Positions 47,150 through 59,798 of a DNA stretch of 64,000 bases are shown one piece after another (the first letter of the stretch is position 1; every line of letters starts with the position of its first letter). Source of the stretch: Malacoraja senta. Lineage: Eukaryota. The position numbers were made by a program, and so were the translations under genes. The stretch covers positions 3,722,001 through 3,786,000 of the forward strand of contig CM075995.1 in assembly GCA_038087875.1 (NCBI GenBank), read 5' to 3'. The notes beneath the pieces are model-generated. The model saw nothing but the letters and a program-made list of their open reading frames with translations. It ran no database searches and had not been told where the DNA came from.

Positions 47150-48769
47150 GGAACATGTTGTCTGTGGATCAGTTACAAGTTGGGGGGAGATTACAATATT
47201 TCTTGAATGAATGGCATTGGATAACATCAGATCCGTTTATACTGCACAGTGTACAAGGTTTCCAAATTGAGTTCCTTCTCAATTCACCTCCACCCAAACA
47301 GCATACACATACCGCACATTTGTTTCTTCACAACCGGAGTTTGCGGATGCGCAAGCTGAAATAGAATCTTTACACAAAAAAGGGGTAATTGAGATGTCGA
47401 GTCATGAGTCTCACCAATTTGTGTCCAATATATTTGCTAAGGAAAAGAAGGATGGAGGATGCCGAATTATCTTTGACTTGACTGAGCTTAACACCTTTGT
47501 GCAGTATAAACACTTCAAAATGGAAAACTTTGTTACTGCCAAACAACTGGTTTCCAAGGGATGTTATATGGCATGCATCGACCTCAAAAATGCATACTAT
47601 TCGGTGGCCATTCATAGGGACCACCGGAGATATTTGAAGTTTAGCTGGATGGGGCAACTGTGGCAGTTTAAAGCATTGCCTAATGGGTTCTCAGCCCGCA
47701 GATTATTCGTTAAATTGCTAAAACCAGTCCTGGGGCTACTTAGGGCACAAATTCATATTGTCATGGCATACTTGGATGACATCCTTATCATAGGGAAAAC
47801 TATGAAATTAGCTGAATTATCTGTGACAGCTACGAAACTCATGTTTGAGAGATTGGGGTTCCTCATCCATCCAGTTAAATCCAAATTGATACCATCTAGA
47901 GTAATTGATTATTTGGGATTCACCATTAACTCTATTCACATGTCAGTGACTCTGCCTTGGGGCAAGCAATTAGAATTAATTGAAGCCTGTAACAATCTCA
48001 TTGTTAAGGGCCAACCTTCTATTAGACATGTGGCTAGTATAATTGGCAAATTAGTGGCTGCTTTCCCAGCTGCTCAGTTCGGGCCTTTGCACTACCAAAA
48101 CTTACAATGTGCAAAGGAGCAGGCACTCAAACTTCATAAAGGTCACTTCGGTAGACCTATGTGGTTGCCAGCTGAAGCCATTGCTGAGTTACAATGGTGG
48201 GTGACCAATATTCGGCATTGCTCCAGTACAATTATAGTCGATACACCATCAGTTATCCTACAAACTGATGCTAGTGCTCTAGGTTGGGGTGCTACCAACA
48301 CCGTCATGTGCATGTTCAACTTCAGATTGACAACACTACAGCGGTGGCATACATTAATCACATGGGTGGAATTAAGTCTGTATCCTGTGATAAATTGTCT
48401 AACCTTATTTGGCACTGGTGTATTATGAGAAACATCTGGGTTACAGCTATCTACTTACCAGGTAGATATAACATGGTGGTGGACACTAGGTCACGGAAAT
48501 TCAATGACAACAAAGAATGGATGTTGAATCATGAAGTGTTTAATGACATTGTCGCTAGGTATGGCGTACCGGATATTGATCTGTTTGCATCTAGACTAAA
48601 TCATCAGTTACCAAATTACGTTTCATGGGAACCAGACCCAGGGGCAGTAGCAGTAGATGCATTCTCGCTACACTGGGGTGGAAAGTTCTTGTATGCCTTT
48701 CCCCCATTTTGCCTCATCGGTCGATGCTTGGCCAAGATCAAGCAAGAAATCTGCTGGTTCATCCTGTGA
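47150..48769 (+). pseudogene. DIRS RT/RNase H/adenine-methyltransferase-like ORF, frameshifted, RNase H partly deleted
   Basis: VGGRLQYF, YLDD, QTDASALGWG, IDNTTAVAYIN, DLFASRLN...YAFPPF. Confidence 0.85.
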
Positions 48770-48790
48770 CAGGGGAAAACCATCCACTAC

Positions 48791-50670
48791 ATGACCGAAT
48801 CAAGTTATTGGTTTGCAGATTCTGAGGAACCGTTCCTGGGGCTCGGACTTTCAGATCGTACGGTAGATGTGATCACTGCGGCCTGGAGGAAGAGTACCCA
48901 GAAACAGTACATCACTCATATAAGGAAATGGGAGATGTACTGCTCTCTCTCGAAAATTTCGTATGACACGGCTTCCATTACGGATGTTTTGGAGTTCCTT
49001 TCTACACTATTCTACGATCAGAAACTCAGTTATAGTGCCATAAATTGTGCTAGGAGTGCATTATCATCTTACTTATGGCTGGGGTCAGGGAACCACACTG
49101 TCGGATCTCACCCCTTAATAACCAGATTTATGAAGGGCATTTTTAACTACTCCCCCAAGGCCCCGATATTCACAGATATAGGAAGTGAGCATGGTACTCA
49201 CGCTGCTTCGCCAGTGGGCTCCAGCTTCATCTCTGTCTCTGCCTAATCTCACTGTTAAGGTAGTCATGCTCATGGCGCTGGTTTCAGCGCAACGGGTCCA
49301 GACGTTAAATAAACTTAGACTGGACAGCATGGTTTCATCTTTTGACAATATCACCTTTTTTGTTTATGATTTAATTAAGCAGAGTAGACCAGGGGTGTCG
49401 GGGCTCAAATTAATTTTTATGGCATACCCCTTAGACCTACGGTTGTGTGTGGTTACTCACATACTACAATACATTAAGGTCACTAAGAGCCTCAGAGGCT
49501 CGGAATTATCTTTATTCATCAGCTACACAAAACCTCACAGGAAAGTTACAGTGCAGACCATTTCATAAACATAGAAAGAGAGAAAATAGGTGCAGGAGTA
49601 GGCCCAACATCGGGAACAATCTTCCTGCATCGAGCCTGTCCTACCCCTTCAGAATTTTGTACGTTTCTATAAGATCCCCCCTCAATCTTCTAAATTCTAG
49701 CGAGTACAAGCCGAGTCTATCCAGTCTTTCTTCATATGAAAGTCCTGCCATCCCAGGAATCAGTCTGGTGAACCTTCTCTGTACTCCCTCTATGGCAAGA
49801 ATGTCCTTCCTCAGATTAGGAGACCAAAACTGTACGCAATACTCCAGGTGTGATCTCACCAAGACCCTGTACAACTGCAGTAGAACCTCCCTGCTCTTAT
49901 ACTCAAATCATTTTGCTTTCTTCACTGCCTGCTGCACCTGCATGCCTACTTTCAATGACTGGTGTACCATGACACCCAGGTCTCGTTGCATCTCCCCTTT
50001 TCCTAATCGGCCACCATTCAGATAATAGTCTACTTTCCTGTTTTTGCCACCAAAGTGGATAACCTCACATTTATCCACATTATACTGCATCTGCCATGCA
50101 TTTGCCCACTCACCTATCCAAGTCACCTTGCAGCCTCCTAGCATCCTCCTCACAGCCAACTGCCCCCCAGCTTCGTGTCATCCACAAACTTGCAGATGTT
50201 GCATTCAATTCCCTCATCCAGATCATTAATATATATTGTAAATAGCTGGGGTCCCAGCACTGAGCCTTGCGGTACCCCACTAGTCACTGCCTGCCATTCT
50301 GAAAAGGACCCGTTTACTCCTACTCTTTGCTTCCTGTCTGCCAGCCAGTTCTCTATCCACATCAATACTGAACCCCCAATACCGTGTGCTTTAAGTTTGC
50401 ATACTAATCTCTTATGTGGGACCTTGTCGAAAGCCTTCTGAAAGTCCAGATATAACAAGATGGATAAAACAGGTTCTGGCATGTGCAGGAGTGGACACTG
50501 ACACTTTGAAACCTCATTCCACCAGGGCTGCATCTAAGTCAGCAGTAAGGGATATGGACGTCCCTCTCGACCACATTCTAGGGGCTGCAGGATGGTCTAA
50601 TGAACTGACGTACAAAGGTTTTATAACAAACGTATCGCCAGAACGGGGGCTTTTGCTAAATCTATTTTAG
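48791..50670 (+). pseudogene. DIRS tyrosine recombinase, interrupted by a CR1
   Basis: LSYSAINCARSALS, LVSAQRVQTL, KQSRPG, then after the CR1 RWIKQVL...PHSTRAAS...AAGWS. Confidence 0.85.
49565..50453 (-). mobile_element. CR1 LINE fragment inserted into the DIRS YR gene
   Basis: [37 protein letters not shown]. The 3' end is internally deleted. Confidence 0.9.
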
Positions 50671-51425
50671 GTTCTGTTTTATAGTTTCCCCCTGGGTGAG
50701 AGGGGCCACTATTATTTTCTTTGATTATTAAAGCATCAGCATTTTTTATCTATGTCATGTCTGAATGCCTTAATTATTTTCACTCATCCTGGTCAACTGA
50801 TGCAGTGTGTGACGCATGGACTTGTATCCTCGGCATGAAATCACAGAGCTTTAAAATCTTCACATAGTCACTCACGTGACTCCGAAGAATAATAGTAAGA
50901 TTAAACGAGAACTTACCAGTTTGAAGTTTGATCTTTATTTTATGAGGAGTTACAATGAGCGATTACGTGCCCTCCTTTCCCAACACTCGTATCATAAAGA
51001 TCATCTGGTAGTTCTAGTCATCTCTAATCTTACTATGTTAGTTCAACAACTGTTATCTGTGCTTTCACACCGCTGCTTTGAAGATTGACTGCGCGTGCGG
51101 GCTGACGGCCTTCTCATGTAATCGCTCATCGTAACTCCTCATAAAATAAAGATCAAACTTCAAACTGGTAACTGAGGGTAGCGGGCGTCCGTTTGAGGAG
51201 TCGGTGGCAGCGGGGCCATCAACTCCAGATGCGGTAGAAAGTACCGTTACAGCGCCATTAGGGCGCAAGGCCGGGCAAAAGTCCATGCGACCAGTAGACT
51301 CTGAGGAGTCAGACCCGGAGGTTAACCCTCCTCAGTCAGAAGTTATGGCTACTTGGGTCATTAGTTTAGAATTCCTCATGGGAAAGATGATATATCAAGA
51401 CCCACATCAGGAGGAATACAATCCG

Positions 51426-51803
51426 CGTTGGCCTATGGGAGAGCCAGCGCAGGGAGTGCCTTGGATGGGTCGGGCACAGCGTTGGCCTACAGGAGAGCCA
51501 GTGCCAGAAATGTCTGGAAAAAGGCAGTATATGTGATGGCCTACAGGAGAGCCAGCGCCAGAAATGCCTGAACAAAGGCAGCATATGCGTTGGCCTACAG
51601 GAGTGCCAGCACCAACAATGTCTGAAGGAAGACAGTATAAGCGTTGGCCTACAGGAGAGCCAGCGCCAGCAGCACCTGAAATAGGGCTGCCTATGCGTGG
51701 GCATAGAGGAGAGCCCGCGCGGGGAGAACCTGATAAAGAATTTACTATGCGTAGGCCTATGGAAGAGCCAGTGCTAGAAACACCTGAAACAGGGATGCCA
51801 GAT
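51426..51803 (+). repeat. 54-bp (18-codon) coding tandem repeat, 7 units, in DIRS copy 2 gag
   Basis: Units start at 51426, 51480, 51534, 51588, 51642, 51696 and 51750 and encode RWPTGEPAPEM-like peptides. Unit 3 has CGA>TGA. Confidence 0.85.
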
Positions 51804-52629
51804 CTCCCCCATCATGAGGAGGAACATCAAGATTCAGATGATGAATCATATGAGGACCAGAGCCCAATAACAGAGCCTAAAATACCAGGTCTGGCACAAA
51901 TGTTTGCTGTTCCCAGACTAACAGGGGAACCATTGGGAGATGAATTAGCAATGACTATAAATTACTTGGTCTCCCATCAACTCCAGGAATTAACCATGGA
52001 TGAGACTGTCAAAGAATATGAAACCCCGCAGAATTGTGCACTTCTAGCAGTCCCAGCGGTGAACAACGTAATATAGGGCTACTTGGGCATTGGAGTACGC
52101 GCACAAGAAATGAAATTACAACGGGTGTTGAAATTGCTGGGGTCAGGCATTATGGCTTTCGCCAGAGGTTTGGATGAGGAGCATGTGTCTGCATCACAAC
52201 AGGATGCCTTAGCACTCGTGTGTAGTGCGCACTTTGAAATAAACTGTATTCGTAAAAGTGCCATAAGACCTAATATTCACCCTAAGTTTGCGGGGCTCTG
52301 TAAACCATCTAATATTCAATTGCCTAACCTGCTTTTTGGAGAGAATCCAGCCAAAAGGGTAAAAGACCTGAATGAAGAAGCAAATAACGTGGGAATGATG
52401 AAACCACCGGTGCTTGGCAGATCAACTCGAAGACAGTATCCCTACCGACGGATGTCTGGAGCCGGAGAAGGAACAAGTCGGTCTTTCCCATATACGCGTT
52501 ATTGGCGCACTGCTCCTGGGATGCGTGGAGGTTACAATATTCCCACTAAGAGCAGGGGACAACATTTGCCATCGGCAAACCCCGAGGTAGGTGGGTCTGG
52601 TCCGGTAAGAGACATATTAAATGTTTCAC

Positions 52630-54480
52630 ACTCACAAGTTGGAGGAAGATTACAATTCTTCCTAAAAGAATGGCAACAAATAACAAATGATGCATTTATA
52701 CTGTGCAGTATTGTGGGATTTAGAATTGAATTCTATCCACATTTGGATCCTACTCAGCATATTTCATGCCGGACATGTATTTTCTCAAAAGAAGAGAATA
52801 TGCAGATTCAGGCAGAACTTGAAATATTGTGTAAAAAAGGTGTAATAGAGAAGTCAGTTGAGCAACACCATCAATTTGTGTCAAGTATTTTTACTAGACA
52901 AAAAAGGATGGTGGGTGTAGAATTATTCTAGATCTGACAATCTTAACCCTTTTGTACAGTATAAACATTTTAAGATGGAGACATTTGCCAATGCCATTCA
53001 GCTAATTTCAAGAAAATGCTATATGGCTAGCATAGATCTTTGAGATGCATATTACTCAGTGGCTGTGCATGGTAATGATCGGAGATACTTAAAATTTAGA
53101 TGGATGAGTCAATTATGGCAATTTAAAGCATTGCCTAATGGTTTAACTTCAGCTCCAAGACTACTAAGAGCTCAGGGCCATTTCCTAATGGCCTATTTGG
53201 ATGATATTCTGATTGTGGGAGACACTTTGGCTACAGCAGAAGCGTCAGTGTCAAGAATTAAGCTCACTTTCGAGAGGCTGGGATTCATTATTCACCCAGA
53301 TAAATCCAAACTATTACCAAGCACAGAAATTGATTACTTGGATTTTACCATTAATTCAGAACACATGGTAGTCACTTTGCCTAAAGATAAAAGGCTGCAG
53401 TTAATTGAAGGTTGTATTAGGCTCATTACACAGCACCCACCCTCAATTAGGCAGGTAGCAAGCTTGCTGGGCAAATTAATTGCTTCTTTTCCAGCGGTAC
53501 AGTTTGGACCACTGCATTATCAGCATTTGCAGCGAGCAAAGGTACATGCATTAAGGATACATTCAGGGCATTTTGACAGGCCCATGCAATTGCTAATTGC
53601 AGTTATTACGGAAATAGAATGGTGGATTAGCAATGTCTCTAATGCTTCCAAACAAATTCTGGTTGAAACACCTTCCATTATTCTACAGACTGATGTAAGT
53701 GCTCTAGGTTGGGGCGCTACTAATACTGTTTCCAGCTGTGGAGGTAGATGGAATGTGGAGGAAGTACCTTTGCTCCAAGAACAAGGTATCAATTACCTAG
53801 AGCTTTTAGGAACATTTTATGGGCTTAAAGCTTATTGTTCTAAGATGGAAAATTTGCATGTTCAGGTACAGATTGACAATACTACAGCTGTAGCATATGT
53901 TAATCATATGGGTGGTATCAAGTCAGAATCTTGTGATAGATTGGCAAATGTGATCTGGACCTGGTGTATTACCAGAAACATTTGGCTTTCGGTAATCAAC
54001 CTACCAGGTATATTCAACATAGTTGCAGACACAAGGTCACGTAAATTCAATGACAATACAGAGTGGATGTTGGATCGTGAAAAATTTAATAAAATTGTTG
54101 CACGGTTCGGGATGCCAGAGATTGACTTGTTTGCATCCAGACTTAACCACCAATTGCCTAAGTATGTGTCATGGGAACCTGATCCTGGTGCAGTAGCGGT
54201 GGATGCTTTCTCGTTGCATTGGGGTAGTGTTTCTGTATGCATTTCCTCCATTTTGCCTCATTAATCGGTGTATACAGAAAATCAAATAGGACTCGGCTTC
54301 AGGGGTTTTGGTGGTACCAGACTGGCCTACACAGCCATGCTACCCCCTGGTGTTAAAAATGATCATAAGGCCCATTATGATTATTCCTAAACAGGAAAAC
54401 CTGCTTGTGCACCCTGTAACTGGTGAGTCACATCCTTTACATGATCGTATTGGTTTATTGATTTGCAGCTTCTAAGGAGG
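52630..54480 (+). pseudogene. DIRS copy 2 RT/RNase H/methyltransferase-like ORF, disrupted
   Basis: VGGRLQFF, LPNGLTSAPR, AYLDDIL, INYLELL, IDNTTAVAYVN, DLFASRLNHQL. Confidence 0.85.
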
Positions 54481-55458
54481 CCATATCTCGGAAGAGGATT
54501 ATCAGATCGTACTGTGGATGTTATGGCGGCAGCCTGGAGGAATAGTACCCAGAAGCAGTACATTTCTTATATAAGGAAATGGGAGGTGTTTTGTTTACAG
54601 CAGAATATTACATATCACACTGCAGACATTTCAGACGTGTTAGAGTTTCTGTCAACTCTTTATTTTGATTTACATTTAAGCTATAGTGCGATCAATACTG
54701 CAAGGAGTGCTCTTTCTGCATATCTATGCAGGGAACCAGAACAAAATCCTGTAGGATCACACCCTTGGGTCTGTAGGTTTATGAAGGGAATTTTTAATTC
54801 AAAGCCTTCTAGACCCAGGTGTACATAAATCTGGAATGTAAGAGATGTGCTTATGCTCCTTCGCCAATGGACGCCTATTAAAGCTCTGTCATTGGCCAAA
54901 ATTACCATGAAGTTAGTTATGCTCATGGCACTAGTTTCAGCACAGAGAGTGCAAACATTGCAGAAATTACGAATAGACAGGATGAAAATGGCAGCAGATG
55001 CCATTACATTCTATGTCTATGATTTGCTTAAACAGAGTAGGCCTGGATTCACAGGATGTAAGTTGTTTTTTTCAGCATATCCTACGGATCCACGTCTATG
55101 TGTAGTAGTACATTTACGATGTTACATTGAAGCTACCAGAACCTTAAGAGGTGCAGAATCAGCATTCTTTGTCAGCTATAAAAAAACGCATAAGAAAGTG
55201 TCGGTACAGACTATTTCAAGATGGCTGAAGCAGGTGTTGGTTGATGCAGGTATTGATACTGACAAATTTAAATCTCATTCCACCAGTGCGGCATCAACAT
55301 CGGCAGCCAAGGATTTGGACGTTCCAATAGACCTTATCCTCGCGGCCACAGGATGGGCAAGTGAACGGATGTTTCACAAGTATTACCATAAGGAGATTAC
55401 AGATCCTGGGTTATTTGGTGGTGCTGTTTTAGATTCAGTATTAAGTCCCCCATTATGA
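54463..55458 (+). pseudogene. DIRS copy 2 tyrosine recombinase; internal stop, HxxR changed to HSTS
   Basis: LSYSAINTARSALS, VSAQRVQTL, SHSTSAAS, GWASERMFHKYY. Confidence 0.85.
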
Positions 55459-56397
55459 TAAAGGGGTTACTATTGTTGTGATAAATAAACCATTAACTGA
55501 TTGCATCTATGTTGTGGTTATGCATTGTTGATTGCTTTACTCATTCAGAGTCAATCAATGCAGTGAGACGCCTGGATTCGAATCTACGGCGTGAAATCAC
55601 AGAGCTTTGAAATCTTCACGTGACTCCGAAGTAAAATAGTAAGATTAAACGAGAACTTACCAGTTTGAAATTTGATCTTTATTTTATGAGGAGTTACGAT
55701 GAGGGACTACGTGCCCTCTGCTCCCACCGCTCATAAAGGTCAAGCTGGTAGTTCTAGTCTTTACGTATCTTACTATCATACTTCAGTAATTGTTATCTGT
55801 GATTTCGCACCGCTGCTTTGAAGATTGACGCATGTGCGGCTGGACGTGCTCTTCTTCACGTCACGTAGTCCCTCATCGTAACTCCTCATAAAATAAAGAT
55901 CAAACTTCAAACTGGTACGTTCTCGTTTAATCTTACTATTTCATACCATTTCAAGCAGAGTGCAGGCCATTAAATTTCCAAACAACTCATTGCATTGTCA
56001 TTAAGGGCTAACAAATCATTTATTGCAAGTACATTGCAGACTGACATTTCAGTTGATTCACAGCTTAGAATGACAGTTGTGGACACTCCCTCGCGATCTT
56101 CCAGAGTGACTGACTCATGTCCAGGCATCCGGGGTTTTATAGTCCTGCCCCCCCCCCCCCAGAAAGGGTACCTTCATTGGTAATTGACAGGCGAGAGGAC
56201 CAATCAGCTGATTTCAAGATTTTTTTAACACTTTTTTATTTTTCATCGATCGGAAAAATCCTCGGGGCTGCCTCAGCGGAAGAGGACTGTGAGTAACATT
56301 GCCAAAAATCATAGCAATATAGCATAGCGTTTTTTCTAAAATCAATATACAGCGCAGACAGGAAGTGGTCAAGATGAGACTTTTAGTTATATAGATA

Positions 56398-56690
56398 AGG
56401 TGGCGTAGCGGTAGAGTTGCTGCCTTACAGCACCAGAGAACCAGGTTCGATCTTGACTACTGGTTCTGTCTGTACAGAGTTTGTACGTTCTCCCCGTGAC
56501 CGCCTGGGTTTTCTCCAGGTGCTCTGGTTTCCTCCCACACTTGAAAGATGCACAGGTTTGTTTGCTAATTGGCTTGGTAAAATTGTAAATTGTCCCTAGT
56601 GTGTGTAGGATCGTGTTAGTGTACGGGGATCGCTGGTCAGCACGGACTCTGTTTCTGCGCTGAATCTAAACTTAACTAAACAAAACTAAA
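56398..56690 (+). mobile_element. tRNA-derived SINE
   Basis: GGTGGCGTAGCGG A box, GGTTCGATC B box and (AAACT)n tail. Confidence 0.8.
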
Positions 56691-56805
56691 TTCCCTTAAC
56701 AGGGCCTTTTACCTCTATGGTTCCATATCCTCCATTAGGCCACACTCCATCATGGTACATTGCCCCACTAAACCTGTGCACCAATACATCCTATGGGTCA
56801 GCGTT

Positions 56806-57380
56806 CAGTTCAGTTTAGTTTATTGTCAGGAGGTACAGGGAAAAGCTTTTTGTTGCGTGCTAACCAGACAGCAGAAAGACAATACACGATTACAATCAAT
56901 CCACTTACAGTGCATTGATACATGATAAGAAAATAACGTTTAGTACAGGGTGAAGCCAGCAAAGTCTAGTCAAGGAGTGTCTGAGGGACTTCAAAGAGGA
57001 AGAGAGTAGTTCAGCACTGCTCTCTGGTTGTGGTAGAATGATTCATTTCCCTGATAACAGCTGGGAAGAAACTGTCCCTGAATCTGGAGGTGTGCATTTT
57101 CACACTTCTATACCTTTTGCCTGATGGGAGAGGGGAGAAGAGGGAGTGGCCAGGATACGACACGTCCTTGATTATGCTGCTGGCATTGCCGAGGCAGCGT
57201 GAAGTATAAATGGAATCAATAGAAGGGAGGTTGGTTTGTGTGAGGGTCTGTGCTGCTTTCACAATTTGCTGCAATTTCTTGCGGTCTTGGATGGAGCTGT
57301 TCCCATACCAAACAGTGATGCATCCTGATAAAATGCTTTCTATGGTGCATCTGTAGAAGTTGGTGAGATTGTAGGGGACT
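56806..57380 (-). mobile_element. Rex1/Babar-like LINE 3' end
   Basis: LTNFYRCTIESILSGCITVWYG...LFSPLPSGKRYRS, contiguous with the abundant (AAACT)n-tailed 3' UTR. Confidence 0.85.
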
Positions 57381-57989
57381 TGCCAAACTTCCCGAGCCTT
57401 CGAAGGATGTAGAGGAGTTGGTGCAATGGGTAGAGCTGCTACTAAACAGCATCCAAGGTCCAGGTTCGATCCTGCTCGAGTGCTGCCTGTGTGGAGTTTG
57501 CATGTTCTCCCTGTGACCATATAGGCTTCCACTGGGTGCTCCGGTTTCCTCCCACATCCCAAAGACGTGCGGGTTTCTTGGTGAATTGTCCTCTGTAAAT
57601 TGTCCGCTGGATGAAAAAGTGGGAGAAGATTGAACAAAGTAATTCAGAACAGAGATTAGAAGAGATTTCCTCATGCAAATCATTGGGATTCTCTCGATAT
57701 GAAGGCTGTGAGAGCTTGGGCACTCAGTATATTCAAAAGATCAATAGGTTTTACAAAAATCAAGGAATGTGGTGTTAGTGCTTGGAAGTGGCTGCTGTGG
57801 TAGATTAATTGACCGAGCTGTCACAAGGGATGAAATGGGCCATTTCTGCTTCTATTGTGTAAAACTTGAAAAGAGATGGTGTTTGCTTTAATCAGTATAT
57901 GATCACAAAATCCAGGACATTGCAAAGTCTCACCATCAAATACCCCAATACATCGTTAGCATTCAGTCCCATCACAATTCTTTTGTCCT

Positions 57990-58725
57990 GTTTTAGTTAA
58001 ATTTTAGTTTATTGGGTTGTGTATGTGTGGGTGGGGGGGTGAAACATGATTTTTGTCTCTTCCTTCGGGGGAATGCGACTTTTTCTTGTCGTATCCCCCT
58101 TCTCTGCCTCCGTCTGCGCTGAGGCCTAATGGCGGCCTCCAACTGCGACCGACCTCGAGGCTCCGGAGGCAGAGCCAGGACTTACCAACGCGAGGCTGGC
58201 CGACTTCGGGGCTGCGGTGGCGTTCGGGCGGTGGCGACCAAAGATACTGGTGGCGACCTGAATCCGGGGCTCGGCCGCGGCTGGCCCAGTGGACGACATC
58301 GTCGGGAGCTCGCAGGTCACAGGTGGGTGACCTGTTTTTCTGGAGCTCCCGCAACTACAGCTGCGTCCGCTGGGCTGGAGGGCGGCAGCTTCGGCCACCC
58401 CGGGCCGCGGAGTTTGAAACGGCCCGTCGCGGAGCACGGACTCAGCCGCGGGACTGACTTACCATCACCCGGCGGGGTCACAACATCAGAAGCCTGGATC
58501 GCCTCAGCGCAGAGGGAGAACAAAGAGGGAAGAGACAGAGACCTTAAGACTTTTGCCTCTATCACAGTGAGGAGGTACCTGGTGAACTCACTGCGGTGGA
58601 TGTTAATTTGTGTGTATTGTGTGTTTTGTTATTTATTATTATATGTATGACTGCAGGCAACAAAATTTCGTTCAGACCGAAAGGTCTGAATGACAAATAA
58701 AGGAATCTAATCTAATCTAATCTAA
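57990..58725 (+). mobile_element. Unclassified GC-rich non-autonomous element with AATAAA and (TCTAA)n tail
   Basis: CpG-rich body, hairpin module ATCACAGTGAG...CTCACTGCGGT, and a LINE-like 3' tail. Confidence 0.55.
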
Positions 58726-58903
58726 TCAATAAAAGCAGGAGGACGCACTAAGGTCTTGAGTTACGTTCAGCGATAAAACAAAGAAACAGGCCATTCAGCC
58801 CAAAGAATCAATGCCAGCCATTGATCAACCGTTCATGCTTGATCAATGTTCTCCCACGTTCTCCAACGTTCAAATCCATTTCCTCCACATTATGGGCAAG
58901 TTA

Positions 58904-59378
58904 TGGTCCTGTCCCATTTAGGCGATTTGTTAGGCGACTACAGGTGACTAGGCTGTCACCACATGGTCGCTGGGGTGTCGCCTGTATGATCGTGAGTAGT
59001 CTCATCAGTCGCCTGGATTTTCAACATGTTGAAAATTTTTCAGAAATAGTCGCGACAGTGGGTATGACACCATTGAGCGTAGCTTGACTTCTCCTGACGT
59101 AGGTACTGTCGTAGTTGTCGCCAGGTTAATGTAGGTTGTCACCAGGTTAACGTAGGTTGTCGCCAGGTTAACGTAGGTTGTCGCTAGGTTACGTAAGTTG
59201 TCGCTAGGGCACGTAGGTTGTCGCCGGTGCTGACCTCGGGTTTTTTTTGTTGTTAAAGTAATGATTCTGTTTCAAATCTTATGTCGAAGGGGGTTCCGGT
59301 CGCCATTTTTCGGCAACCTGCTTTGACTATGACAGTCGCTGGCAGTCGCCTAAAAATAGCTTAAGTGGGACAGGCCCT
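58904..59378. mobile_element. PIF/Harbinger-like MITE, second copy, opposite orientation to 24378-24833
   Basis: TIRs TGGTCCTGTCCCATTTAGG / TTAAGTGGGACAGGCCCT with a TTA TSD (58901-58903, 59379-59381). Internal 20-21-bp repeats. Confidence 0.8.
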
Positions 59379-59702
59379 TTATAAAGGCCAATTAACCTAC
59401 ACCCCAAAAATTACCCATTTATTCCTATTCTCCGCATTCTATCTGTTTGCCAATCATCAATGCATGCTAATATATTCCTCCCAATACTGCACATTCCCAA
59501 TTTGGTTCAAACAATCTGTGTATGGTGCATAGACACAAAAAGCTGGAGTAACTCAGCGTGTCAACATCTCTGGAGAGAAGAAATGGGTGATGTTTCGAGT
59601 CTAGCCCCTTCTTCACTGAGAGCCAGGCGAGAGATATGGAAGGGTTAATTGTGAAAACGACAGATCAAAGTAGCCAATGATAAGGAAATGTAGAATGGTT
59701 CA

Positions 59703-59798
59703 GTCTGAAGAAGGGTTTCGGCCCGAAACGTTGCTTATTTCCTTTGCTCCATAGATGCTGCTGCACCCGCTGAGTTTCTCCAGCATTTTTGTGTACCT
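59703..59798 (+). mobile_element. 96-bp Penelope-derived insertion starting at a hammerhead core
   Basis: GTCTGAAGAAGGGTTTCGGCCCGAAACGTT, flanked by the 12-bp duplication TAGAATGGTTCA (59691-59702, 59799-59810). Confidence 0.7.

Larger units (their letters stand above)
46076..51171 (+). mobile_element. DIRS1-like tyrosine-recombinase retrotransposon, copy 1 (5'-truncated, degenerate)
   Basis: gag-like ORF, RT (CIDLKNAYY, LPNG, AYLDDIL), RNase H, Dam-like domain, YR, and a 3' inverted-repeat/ICR structure (arms ~50913-50968 and ~51115-51171). Confidence 0.9.
51172..55941 (+). mobile_element. DIRS1-like retrotransposon, copy 2 (different subfamily, 5'-truncated)
   Basis: Same gene order as copy 1, with a complete 3' inverted-repeat structure (arms ~55634-55712 and ~55863-55941). 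Confidence 0.9.
45447..56395 (-). mobile_element. Non-autonomous Helitron (own sequence 45447-46075 and 55941-56395) hosting two DIRS elements
   Basis: The minus strand starts A|TCTATATAACTAAAAG and ends in the hairpin GAGACCCAACGGATCCC followed by CTAG. There is no TSD. The 39-bp repeat ATTTCAAGCAGAGTGCAGGCC resumes after 55941. Confidence 0.75.

Noticed and set aside
46065..55458. Prophage or bacterial contamination (tyrosine recombinase plus Dam-like methylase plus RT)
   Set aside because: Gene order and terminal structure match DIRS1 retrotransposons, and a vertebrate CR1 is inserted in the recombinase.
57011..57637. 208-aa ORF as a gene
   Set aside because: It is a read-through of an antisense SINE into a Rex1-like fragment.
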